A DNA stretch of 64,000 bases from Mobula birostris. Lineage: Eukaryota. The stretch lies in assembly GCF_030028105.1 (NCBI RefSeq), contig NC_092379.1, forward strand, positions 28,699,821-28,763,820, written 5' to 3'. Of the stretch, positions 1 through 11,070 are shown piece by piece. The notes below the pieces were generated by a model, which saw nothing but the letters and a program-made list of their open reading frames with translations, was not told the origin of the DNA and did no database searches. The position numbers were made by a program, and so were the translations under genes. Numbering within the stretch: position 1 is the stretch's first letter; each line of letters starts with the position of its first letter.

Positions 1-780
1 ATATTACCATTACTACAGTTTTCTTTCTGCTTAGGATTAGTCCAAGTCTTTCGCTCTCTGTGTTGATGGTAGTTCATTCATACTAACTACGTTCTGTTTG
101 TCAATCTCACCCTTCCCTTCTTCGTTTTACTTTAATTCACAGTTCATTTCTTGCAATGAATTCCTTCACTGTTCCCTATTTTGTTACTGTCCTATATCTC
201 CGACGCTATGTCACTCAATGCTTCTCTGTCTGCCTCTGTATTCCAATCTGCAATTTTAGAAAATCATCAATGTAGCTTTAAACCCGTTGAGGGAACATCC
301 TTTAATCCAACGCCAGTACACTCCGTATTAATTTTCAAACCGTAAAGTAAACATCCTCTTATCTGCACTTTTAGGAAGCTAATGTCAATAGACCCCAGCT
401 GAAATTTATCTTTATCAGAAGCATTTAGTGTGACAGAATGTCCAATGCTGTCTGGTCATATGCAACCTCGGTATCTTTAGGTTTCACTCATCTTCACTGT
501 TAATCCCTCACGGCAATGAAAAATAAAGTCCAGCAAAAAATTAAACACAAGATATTTTTACAAGCAACAAAGAGACATGGACACCACCATATAGTAGAAA
601 TACTTCGGAAAGCCACCACAATATTCCTAGTTAAATCTAAATTCAAGATGTTTTCCACAAGTTTGGGCGCATTTTGCTGCTGAATGCGCATTTCAAATCG
701 ACCACGTGATCCCCATGCTTTCTGCGTACAGCTGTTCCAGTTCCCCAGCAAAAGGCGCCCTGCAGTGATCACGCAACGCT

Positions 781-1300
781 GGTTTTTGTTCAGACCCGCT
801 GCTTCCCTGCAACACTGAGGGGTCCTTTGTACAGAAGGACTGTATACACGAGAGTCCGGCACAAGACTTCCGGAGATACTTAAATGAGCTGACTCTACCT
901 TTGTGCATAACAGCTGTAACCCTCGCCGGACATTCTGAGGCCGCTCCAGTTTTCCTCAGCCAGAGAGCTTCGGCAGGTGTCAGGAGACTCTCCGCGATGC
1001 TGAGTGTATCAAATATGTTTGTCTTCGTTCGTGTGTAACTGCTTTTCAGTGTTTTATCGTCGGACTTCCGTCTGCCGATAATTTAGGACCATCCTGATCA
1101 CAGTTTTGTACTTTCTCTTTTCTGTATTAGCAGACAGATTGCATTGACTTCCCTGACTTGCACTGAACTGCGCTCTCTCTGGTCATGTGTGCTGCGTTTT
1201 AGCTGTCAGGAAGACAAATGAAACCTGTAAGAAACTGAGAGGCACATGCTCACTCGCTTCACTTCCAAGAATTTATCACGATGACACACTATAAATCTTT
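781..1300 (-). pseudogene. TCR V pseudogene, family B (long intron)
   Basis: RSS 781-819 (CTCAGTG - 23 nt - ACAAAAACC; heptamer CAC broken). Exon ~820-1121 has TGA at the Trp41 position and frameshifts. Leader remnant ~1250-1300. Confidence 0.8.
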
Positions 1301-2000
1301 TTTTCTCTTTCACTATATCTCTCTATCCCTCTCTTTATTTCACTTTCTTCCCCCCTCGCTCCACTCCACCTCTCTCCAGCTAACTATTTATTTATCTATC
1401 TCTTTATCTCCGTCTCTCTTTCTCACTCTCTTGCTCTACCCGTACCTACTTCCCTCTCTCGTTCTCACTCCGCACATTCGTTTCTATTTTTTCTATTTAT
1501 TTATATTTGTCAACGCTCTAACAACTCAGTCTCGCTTTATTTGCCATTCTGCCCCTGTGCTATCCTTTTTCACACCATGTCACTCCATGCTAACCAGCGT
1601 ATCCACGACGGTTGCTACGAGTCAACTACAAAATTATGACTTCCCGCTTTTGCTGTTATCTAACTTATTATTAACCTTTGAAGTTATTGAAAGAATATCT
1701 TTCAATCTTGCAGGACCCTGTTAGATATTTCTTGCCAATAGCACATCAAATATTTATTCCCATGGACGAGCTGGGATTAGATGTTTATCGGACATGGAAG
1801 GCACCGGATAGAGCAGGCAAACATTACGAACACTGAGGAGTCCATATCCTGTATCCCCGTGGAACGTTGAGTGCTGAACTGTGCAAAGCTATTCAATGGA
1901 GTCCAGCACATTGCCCCCAAACTTATTTCAGCGGAACACCTTTGCACAGAGACCCGAACTATTACTGGGCTGTTTTGGTGTAGAACAATATCTCCAGTCA

Positions 2001-3557
2001 TGTCATAACCGGGGGCGGTGGTGGCTGACCCAAATGCAAGACACAGACACTTAAGTACTGGGAACAGGACTTGACTAGAGAGCTGGGACAAGAACACCGA
2101 CTTGGGCTAGGGCATTGGATAGGCAAGTGGGATCAGGACAAGGAACTGGGAACTAGGTGTCTGGACTTGGATTCCGAGCGGGAGACTAGACAAGGACCCC
2201 GAACCTGGGTCTTGACCCGGCCTCGGAACAAGGAACTAGGCGAGGACATGACAGGGTTAAGGATGGACATGGCTTGGGTTCTTCCAGGCTTGGGATCCTG
2301 GCGGCTTGGGGTCCTCGAGGCGAGGACATGACGAGGCTTGGGTTCTTCAAGGCGAGGACATGAGTGGCTGGGCTTCTTTAAGGCGAGAGCATGAAAAGGA
2401 TTGTGATCTTCGAGCCGAGGACATAACGAGGTTTAAGTTCTTCGAGGGGAGAACATAACGAGGCTTGGGTTCTTCCAGGTGAGGAGATGAAGAGGCTTGC
2501 GTTGTTCGAGTCGAAGACATGACGAGGCTTGGGTTCTTCGAGGCGAGTACATGACGAGGTTTGGGTTCGGATTCCAAGCCGGAGACTGGACAAGGATCCA
2601 GAACCTAGGTCTTGGCGCGGGCTCGGACTCCTGAACTAGGTGAAGACATGACGTGGTCTTGGGAGACAGGAACCTCGTAACCTTTGACGAAGGCTGGACG
2701 CTTGGAGTCCTGGACGAGGACTGGACGCTCGTGCGTTGGTCTAGAGCATGAGAGCACGGAGCCTTGGACTTGTGATACATGAACGTGGAACACGGAGCCG
2801 GGACCCCTCTTTGGGAACAGGAACGTAGAGCTGGGACTCATACACGGAATGCTGAACACGACGAGACAGTTTCCAACTCTAGGTAGCAGCAAACGGACCT
2901 ACTTAGCGGAGGCGTGGACACAGAGACGGTTCGCAACATAGGTAGCGGCCAACGGCCGGACCTACCTAGCGAAGGCGTGTACACAGAGACAGTTCTCAAC
3001 ACTAGGCAGCGGAAAAAGGCTGGACCTACGTAGCGAAGGCGTGGACACAAAGACAGTTCCAACTCAACGATAGACAGTTCCTTATCTTGACAGAGCAAGG
3101 CTCCGGTCTCGCTCCGGTGGAAGAAATTGACAAGGTTGCAGGCAAGTCTCCAGACACAGGTCGCAGGCAAGGCTCCATTCGCAGTGCAGACAAGGCTCCA
3201 GACACAGTTCGCAGTCAAAGGCTTCAGGCAGAGGTTGCAGGGAAGTCTTCAGAAAGAAGGGGAATGGAAGGGAGCAGTCCAGCCTCACGGTAACGGCAAT
3301 GACGGTTTGGCTAACCCAATGGATATCATGACAGGGAAGGACAGATCCAACCGCAGGGTAACGGCAAAGACAGACTGACGTATCCCACGGAGGAGATGAC
3401 GGGATACTGACGAGACAAACCAGCCACCATACTCGAACCCAGAACCACTTATATTCCCAGCACCAGGAGAAGCATCAGGCGCCGAGCATTAAGCACAACT
3501 GAAACAAGGGACAGCCGGAAGACACGGAGTCCAGAGTACACGGACCGGACCATGACA
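2001..3557. mobile_element. Solo LTR (TGTCAT...ATGACA), 5-bp TSD AGTCA, with internal ~32-bp minisatellite
   Basis: AGTCA at 1996-2000 and 3558-3562; TG..CA termini with 6-bp inverted repeats; flanks rejoin to match the empty paralogous site near 35850. Confidence 0.85.
2310..2560 (+). repeat. ~32-bp tandem repeat (GAGGCGAGGACATGACGAGGCTTGGGTTCTTC), about 8 degenerate units
   Basis: GGACATG recurs at 2324 and 2356, with degenerate units following. Confidence 0.8.
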
Positions 3558-4035
3558 AGTCATGAATACTATCATCCGTTTTCCAGAATATTGAACGAAC
3601 AACAAATAGGTTCTGCCAGATTCCAAGTGACTGAAGCTCAGTGACACGGTTTCCCTTTCCACGGTAATTAAATCTCTCCTCCTGAGTTTCATAAAATCTG
3701 CATCTCTCGTCCCTGTATCAAGCCCCGAAGGTGTGATGGGCGCCGGAATGCAGTGACCCTGGAGGGCACGTTCTGACAGATTCGACAGATTCACCAAGCA
3801 GAGCAGTAAATACAAAGAACTTCGCAGCGAGACCATGGTAATTTGAATAAAATAAACAGAAGATTTGAAGATGTTACTCTGATAAAACAGAAGTGATTCA
3901 AGTAAGTACAATAAGAGATTTTCCGGGAAACTCCGTGTTCTCGTTTCGAAGGATATTCGTCTTTCTATTCTAAATCAGGGGAACATAGCAATCATTGGGA
4001 CGTGACTGGCGTAAATTAACTCCTCGTCTTTCCCC

Positions 4036-4037
<2 letters not shown>

Positions 4038-4104
<67 letters not shown>
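4038..4104 (+). repeat. (CT)n microsatellite
   Basis: Pure CT run. Confidence 0.95.
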
Positions 4105-4108
<4 letters not shown>

Positions 4109-5172
4109 ACAATGGGGCGTTGGGAACGAACCCAAATGCAAGACACAGACACTGAATTACAAGGAGCAGGACTTGACTACAGTAGGGACATGACAGGATT
4201 CAGACCAGGAGCAGGGACAGGAGCTTAGAGTTGGGCTAGGGAAAGCGGGACCAGGATTGGTAACCATGGACTAGGAGATAAGGCTTGGGCTCCTGGCCCG
4301 AGACTGGACAAGGACACAGAAAGTGGGTGTAGCCTCTGGCTCGGGCCCCAGAACCAGGCAAGGACATGACATGGTTTCAGGACAGGACGTGGTTGGGGCC
4401 TACAGGCCTGAGCTTGGAGACAGCCTGGGGTGTTTGTTCTTGTGCTTGTTTTAAGGCTGCGCTCTTGGGTCTTGAGCTTGGCTTGAGGCTGGTGTCTTGG
4501 ATCTTGTACTTGGCTGCAGGCTGGGGTCTTGTGTCATGTGCTCGGCTTGGGATCCTCGATTCTTAGGTTCTTGGAGCTTGGCTTGGGATCCTCGAGGCTT
4601 GGGTTCTTGGAACTTGGCTTCGATCCTAAAGGATTAGGTTATTGGAGCTTGGCTTGGGATCCCCGAAGCTAGGTTTTTTGGAGCTTGGTTTGCGATCTTG
4701 GAAGCTCGTGTTCTTGGAGCTTGCCTGCGGGATCCTCGAGGCTTCGGTTCTTAGAGCTTGGCAGCTGGATCCTCGAGGCTTGGGTTCTTAGAGCTTGGCT
4801 TGGGATCCTCGAGGCTTGGGCTCCTGGAGCTTGGCTTGGGATCTTCGAGGCTTGGGTTCTTGGAGCTTGGGTTGGGATCATCGAGGCTTGGGTTCTTGGA
4901 GCTTGGCTTGGGATCCTCGAGGCTTGGGTTCTTGGAGCTTGGCTGCGGGATCTTCGAGGCTTGAGGGCTTCGAGCTTGGCTGCGGGATCATCGACGCTCG
5001 GGTTCTTGGAGCTTGGCTGCGGGATCGTCGAGTCTCGGGTTCTTGGAGCTTGGCTGCGGGATCTTCGAGGCTCGGGTTCTTGGGCCTTGCCTGCGGGATT
5101 CTCGAGGCTTGGGGTATTGGAGCTTGGCTGCGGGATCGTCGAGGCTCGGGTTCTTGGAGCTTGCCTGCGGTT
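4105..5172 (+). mobile_element. Truncated LTR of the same family as 46918-48212 (opposite orientation)
   Basis: Begins TGTCACAATGG..GAACG.ACCCAAATGCAAGACACAGACAC, homologous to the reverse complement of 48130-48212; the other end is lost. Confidence 0.75.
4540..5172 (+). repeat. 36-bp minisatellite (GAGCTTGGCTTGGGATCCTCGAGGCTTGGGTTCTTG), about 17 units
   Basis: Direct periodicity of 36; it explains the repetitive ORFs at 4685-5224, 4758-4964 and 4795-5184. Confidence 0.9.
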
Positions 5173-5917
5173 CGGTGTTTATAGGGCTGAAGATGCTGTC
5201 TGTCAGAATAACCATATCGATTGAACAGTCCACATCTGTGTTGCAGAGAGAATGATAAGCATTATTGGACATATCAAATTTTGAGCTGGCTTACCCAGTG
5301 ATCCGAGGACAATTCTCCTTGCAAAAGTACCAGGGGTATTGAGACTTCGATAGGATTGACATACATTGTCTTCAGAATGTGAGTTCAATATGGTGGAATT
5401 AGAATCGGAAAGGTATGCAACCTTTGGAGATGGCTGTCGGGACGCTGGGGGAAGGGGGTCGAAATAGGTTATCAAGAGGAGATAGGAGTGGAAAGAAAAT
5501 AATTCTCAGGGGGATGGAGCGGTTTGGACAGGAGGGATTTTCTGAGGGGATTTACGTTGATCAGAAGGAGAGACAGGGAACGGGATTGCCGGAACATTTG
5601 AACATTGAGAAATAAAACTTAATAACGTCGAGTTGCAGATACGCCATGGGAAAATACAGCGCAGTTCCTTCAGTTTGCATTTTAGCTCAACCCGCTATTG
5701 GTGGAAGCCGGCAAGGTCCGACTTTCCCTTTATATCAAAACGCTATCCTCGTCTGTGCATCTTTCGGTCTTCCTCCCCTTCGAGTTCGAAACTGTAAGGA
5801 AATAATGAAAAGCAATAAGCAACGTATTTTCTGAGCGTACGAGTCGTGTGTTCTTTCTCTTATCCCCTAACGGTGTTGTCCTCATAGGGCTCTATCCTGG
5901 AAAGGTGTGAAGAATAT

Positions 5918-6235
5918 ATTTTTTGTCCATATCCGGCTTCACCCACAAAATTTATAGTCTGATTTACGAATGATACAGCGGAGAAACCCACTCAAGAACT
6001 CCGGAGATAGTTTCCTGTTCTGGAAATCCGACGTCCTTACAGGGTTGTCTTCAGGCCGAGCCACGTGTGCAAGGATGAACATTGTAAATATTTTTATAAA
6101 GTTTCCACCAATGTTAATTGTTCCACAGATAAGCAATGACAATTCATGCGTAAGTTCAGCTCAGCACCATGCGCCGTCCTTCCTAATTCAATGATTCATT
6201 CCGATCCTGGCTCAACTAATCTACCCCATTTGTAC
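5918..6235 (-). pseudogene. Highly decayed V relic (family D)
   Basis: Minus frame GTNGVD*LSQD...EGRRMVLS*TY...AYLW and ...SDYKFCG; nonamer-like ACAAAAAAT at 5926-5918; heptamer missing. Confidence 0.55.
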
Positions 6236-6274
6236 CTCTAACAACCCAAAATTTGTGAGGGGCGCCGGATAGTT

Positions 6275-7185
6275 ATAGGTTTAAGGTAAGAAACTGCAAG
6301 GGTTAAGGAATCCAGCGGGCAGCGATAAACAAACCTCCAGACAGTAGGTAGAATGTGGAGCACAGATTACAAGAGCAAATAGAAAAGGAATCCCAAACAG
6401 TAATGTTATGATAGTCATGGGAGATTTCAACATGCAGGCTGATTGGGAAAGTCAGCTTACGTATGGATCTCAAGAGAGTGAGCTTGTTGAATGCCTCACG
6501 AAACGGCATCTCAGATCAGATTGTTCATCACCTAACAAGGGGATCAGTTGTACAGGATTGGTTGTTGTGCAATGAACTGGAGATAATTAGTGACCTTAGG
6601 ATAAAAGAACATTTGAAGGCTGTGATTACAATATGATTGAGTTCAACTATAAATTTGCCATTGGGAATGATCTTTCAAAATCATTGTCAATGAAATAGAT
6701 GGTAGAATATATGACTGTGTTGCCAAGTTTGTAGATGATACAAAGATTGATGGAAGGATAAGTCGTTCTGAGGAAACATGCAGGCTACAGAAGGACAGAA
6801 AGATGAGGGAATGGGCAAGAGAGTGGCAGACGAAGTAGAATGTACCAAAACGCATATCATGCATATTGGTGTAAGAAATCAATGTGCAGACTATTTTGTA
6901 AGCGGGTAAAAAAATCCAAAAATCTCCGATGCAAAGAGACTTGGAGGATCCAAGTGCAGAACATCCTGACGGTTAACTTGCAGATAGAGTCGGTGGTGAG
7001 GAAGGGAAATACGATGTTAGCATTCATTTCAAGATGTCCAGAGTACATGGGCAGAGACGTAATGCAGAGGATTTGTAATAACGTGAGACCTCACATTGAG
7101 CATTCCGAACGGTTTTGGGTCCCTATTCTAAGAAAGATGTACTGGCGTTGCAAATCGTTCAGAGGACATTCACATGGATAACACA
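6275..7185 (+). mobile_element. CR1-type LINE remnant (endonuclease and RT C-terminal pieces)
   Basis: Encodes ..MIVMGDFNMQADWE.. (APE motif) and ..VAKFVDDTKIDG.. (RT FADD region); frameshifts and internal deletions. Confidence 0.75.
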
Positions 7186-7369
7186 GTCAGTCCCGCAAGC
7201 AAAGCAACTGTGCAACTAACTGAAAACTGTAGTTAGTAATTTTTCCCCTTTCCCCTGGAGTTTCGCCTTTTTAAGTCAATCACGTGGCAGTGGTGAATCT
7301 GTGTTTGCGCTCCAGCTATTTTCCGGCAAAGGGCTCCCTCTAGCGAGCGCTCGCTGCATCGCGGAGGTC

Positions 7370-7830
7370 GGATTTTGTCGAGAGCCGTCATCACCTTGCA
7401 ACTCTGTGGGCATCATGGCACAAAGATAAACGGCGGAGTCCGACACAAGAGCACCAGTGATGTTCAAATGGGCTGCTTTGCTGTCACGGTGCCAACCAGC
7501 GGTAAACCTTGCTAGATTTCGGTCCATCGTGCCAGTGCTATATACCGTCAGCAAATACCTTGGACATTCCACGCGATACTGAACGTACCAAAAAATGTAT
7601 TGATCATTGCCAGTGTATTACAGTTCAGTGTAACAATTTGTTCTTCCGCAATCGTTAATTCAAGAGGCCATTGTGTCACCGAAGCTTTCCCATTTGTTCC
7701 TGCAATAAAAGGATAGAATGCATGAACAGATCGGGATTTCTTCCACATACGGAACAGATATAGGCTGTTACCGCGGAGACTCACCGGGCATCATAGTCAA
7801 TATAATCAGCAGATAACACAGCGAATTCAT
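7370..7830 (-). pseudogene. Divergent V segment with a single 1-nt frameshift; leader, splice sites and RSS intact
   Basis: Leader MNSLCYLLIILTMMP-G 7830-7785; exon 7699-7409. TGTAATACACT lacks one T versus TGTAATTACACT in paralogs (~7617). RSS CACAGAG - 23 nt - ACAAAATCC at 7408-7370. Confidence 0.88.
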
Positions 7831-8649
7831 AGTGACTGGCTTCAAACTCGATCGCAAGAGAACTTACTTTCAACAAGTTAATATCCTTGACCGATATTGA
7901 AGAGTAAAATCAGATCTGAAGCATATATATCAGCTGGCGTAAATCTGGGGGCGTTGCCCAGCCTATGGATTGATTGGCTGTGAGCATCGATCTGCGCCGG
8001 TCCGAGCACCAATCACAGATTGGTTTGTGTCAGTTCCTCTACATGCTTTTAAAAATCCGCCGCCCGGAGCTGTAAGTAGCATCGCGCTAACCACTGTGCA
8101 AGAGTCGTTATACTTCTCTCTCTCTCTCTCTTGCATTCTTCTTCCAGTCAGGCTCTCATCCCTATTTCCCTCTCCTCCCGATGTTTATCGTTCTACTCTC
8201 TGTTCTATCGATCACCGTCCCTCGCTCTCTCACTTCTTCTTTTCTCTTAAATCTCCCCGAGCTATCCACTTTGTTATTCCATCATACCAAATCGCTTAGT
8301 TTCTCCTCCCATTTTACTCACCATATCAAACCCCCACCGTTTTCCCTGGATATCACTTCCTTTGTCCTCTAGCAAACCGCAATTCGCATTCAGACGCATT
8401 TATCTTCATATTTCTCTCCTGCGGAAAACGGGCGAAACGCCACTGAGGCAGAAAATAAGAAAAACATCATCGCTCGGGGGAACGGGGGATGTGTATTGTG
8501 TGCTAGTCTCTTGTCTCACTGCCCATCAGCCTTCTCCCTCCAGGAAAGTTGCTGTCGGTTGAGTCTTGTGGATGGACGAGGGTTGGATGAAGAATTTGAA
8601 GATGCTGAAAATCCAATGGAACTCACAATACTCTGGAGGAAGTCCCCAG

Positions 8650-8930
8650 GTCGGGCAGAATCTGGGGAAAATGTAAATAGCCGACGTTCCGTCCGAGACC
8701 CTCCTTCAGGACTGAGAAGCAAGGAGGGAGATGTATAAACGAAAATGTGAAGGAACATGAAAGAGGCTAACTGAAAGGCGAAAGGTGAAACCAGGTTGCT
8801 GGAAAGGCGAAGGGCTGTACAAGAAAGAACCTGATTATCTTATTAAGGCATGATCTTATTCAATTGCGGAGTAGGTTCGACGGGTCAAATGGCATAGTCC
8901 GAGTCTTATTTCTTATGGCCTTATGTTCTG
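8650..8930 (+). mobile_element. Penelope-like end fragment followed by a CR1 3' tail
   Basis: gacgttccgtccgagaccctccttcaggact motif (similar to 49530-49565), then cggagtaggttcgacgggtcaaatggc...tcttatggccttatg. Confidence 0.45.
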
Positions 8931-8934
8931 CCGT

Positions 8935-9115
8935 TCCACAGTCATTAACTTGCTCACATCATGAGCTACCCAATTTACCCCACTCGTATCTGTAACAAAT
9001 CTCGAAGAGCGTGAGTGGCGCCGAATCTTAATGACGATGTATAACACGCGCAAACTGATGAAGAAGAAATTATCCAGACAGAGCAGCCATTAAAATCAGC
9101 AACAAACACGAGGGT
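8935..9115 (-). pseudogene. 5' V fragment (leader remnant, acceptor, start of FR1)
   Basis: Plus-strand ccccactcgtatctgtaac matches V exon starts (ccactcgttcctgtaa); leader-like cagacagagcagccattaaaatcagc. Confidence 0.4.
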
Positions 9116-10506
9116 GATACGGAGTCGGCATTAACATCAACAATAGGATTTTATCAAATTCTGAACCAGGTGAAGGTAATTACGTCACGTCAGGAGCATC
9201 AGAGGCTCGGGGGAGACACGTGCCCTTCCTCTCGAACCGGATTGGTATATTCCCTATGATGTGCCTTCAACTCGACAGGCGTGTTGGTTCTCGGTCAGCT
9301 TCACTTAGGGCTTCATTTTACACCCTTACTTTACATATTGTAGTAGATGGCTGTTGTGTTTTCTTAATGGCAGATGTCGGAGTCCTGGGTGATCCAGAGT
9401 CTCCCAGGGAAATACATCTGCAAGGAATGCATCTGTCTGAAGCTCCTTGAAGACCATGGTAGGGATCTGGAGTGACCTTCGGCTTGTACGGCAGAGCTAG
9501 AAGGTAATCGATCGGAGTCATAGGGAAGTAGCCACCGCGAAGCTGCAGGAGGCAAGTGGCTATTGGACAATCAGGAGAAATGGAAATATGAAAGACAGTT
9601 AGTGCAGCGCACCCTTGTGGTCATTCCTGTCAATAGTAAGAATATTTTTCTACATACCGATGTGGGGGATGAACTCCCGGTGAATGCTAGGGAGACAGGG
9701 CTACTGCAACGCAGCATAGGCCCGTGCTGCAGATAGGAAAAAGGAAGAAGAAGTGAGCGGTAGCGAGAGGGGACTCAGCAATCGTGGGAACAGACAGGAG
9801 ATTCTGTGGACGCGAGCACAGCACCCTGATGGTATTCTGCCTCCGACATGTCAGTTTCGAATCTCACCAAAGACATTTTAGAGAGGTAGGATCAGCATTC
9901 AGATGTCAGGGCGCACATTGGCACCAATGACACACGAAGGAAGAGCAAATAGATGCTGAAAAATGTATTTGTAAAGCAAAAAAGAAGGCACTGGCAGATT
10001 TTGACGGGTACGAGGGATGTGCAGTTACTATTACAAGGCTCAAAGATCTGAACGAGCTAAGTCACCCGTACCAAATAAACTGCAATTTCAGGTTCTGAAA
10101 GAAGTAGTGTTAGAGATTATGATGATATTTTTAATGATCTTACAAAATTATTGTACTGTGTCATGGTGCCAGAGGAATGTAACATTGGAAACGTCACTCT
10201 ACTCTTTACGAAAAGCAGAAATTAAAGGCCTATTAGCCTGATCGCAGTGGTTGTGAATATGTTTGATTTAATTGTTAAGGATGAAGTTAGGGAGTATTTG
10301 GTGACACAGGACCAGATAGGAGAAAGTCAACATGGTTTCCTTCAGGAAAATATTACCTGACGATCATGTTGCGATTATATGAGGAGACTACATGTAGGTC
10401 AGATAAAGCGGGTGCAATGGATGTTGTCTGTGAGGTGTTACATCAGGCCTTTGGCAAGGTGGCAAATATGAGGATGCTTGACAAGTTAAGACCCTATAGT
10501 ACTACA

Positions 10507-10698
10507 GGGGTATATGGTGTGTCAGGAAGGGGTAGCACCTCTGGTGCGGGAACATGTCGCGCCCTTTTCAGGGCGATTAGTCCACCTTTGATCCCCACCT
10601 GGCACTCAGCTCTCACCTGTGGCTCCCCGTAGCTGTTTGCATGCGACAGCGGCCACACCCCGGGCAACGGCTTCGACAAGCCGGCTAAACCAGGTGAG
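10507..10698 (+). ncRNA. HDV-like self-cleaving ribozyme (candidate)
   Basis: P1 GGGGT(A)T 10507 / ACACCCC 10655-61; P2 CTCACCTG 10612-19 / CAGGTGAG 10691-98; P3 GGC 10621-23 / GCC 10652-54; L3 TCCCCGT; J1.1/4 GGGCAAC 10662-68; P4 GGCTT-CGAC-AAGCC; J4/2 GGCTAA with the C75 equivalent at 10685. Confidence 0.8.
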
Positions 10699-11070
10699 GG
10701 TAGCCGACGGGTCTCAAACCCTCGGTGAGATAGGGATTGTCTATCCCAGCATGTGAAGACAGACTCCGGCGGATTGAGCGGACGAGACCAATGGAAGGTC
10801 CAACGGTCAAGAAGGCGGTCTCTGCAAGCGTCGCGGAACGTGTAGAGCAGGACAACACACAGAAGATGTCCTGGTCATCCACTGCGCCTAGTCCCATCTC
10901 CAGCCGTCTAGACTCTGTCTTGCCACTGGACCGAGATGGGAATTGGGAACAGATAGTGAGGCTGTCGCTGCGGAACTCTCCCTCACTTAAATCCAAATCA
11001 CGCGCTAGTCTGGACACCATCATTATGGTGTCGAGGTCCTCATCGACGTCAACGATGGACGAACAACAAC
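10507..11070 (+). mobile_element. ~560-bp non-autonomous retroposon (RTE-like, short internally deleted type), (AAC)n tail, ~11-13-bp TSD
   Basis: TSD atagtactacagg 10496-10508 versus atggtactacagg 11071-11083; tail gaacaacaac; 3' hairpin GACACCAT-CATT-ATGGTGTC; second copy inverted at 52138-52695. The RTE assignment is inferred. Confidence 0.8.

Larger units (their letters stand above)
1820..3836 (-). pseudogene. Decayed V relic, family C, split by the LTR at 2001-3557
   Basis: Leader ATG at 3836, donor 3794-3793, acceptor 3714-3713. Exon reads GTRDADF...ETVSLSFSHLESGRTYLLFVQYSGK. The 3' part resumes at 2000 and matches the uninterrupted copy at 35.7-36.1 kb. Confidence 0.65.

Noticed and set aside
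1286-1296. Plus-strand TATAAAT upstream of family-B pseudogenes as an antisense promoter
   Set aside because: Single short AT-rich motif inherited by duplication and mutated in the 54.2-kb copy; no supporting elements
1281-1724. Hydrophobic Ser/Leu/Phe-rich ORFs (also 7970, 12177, 44007, 54212)
   Set aside because: They arise from CT-rich low-complexity tracts
4540-5172. CRISPR-like array
   Set aside because: Head-to-tail 36-bp units without unique spacers, in a eukaryotic LTR
4685-5224. Repetitive Leu/Gly/Trp-rich ORFs (also 47303-48136, 2347-2892, 18153-18629)
   Set aside because: Translations of LTR minisatellites; no coding signature
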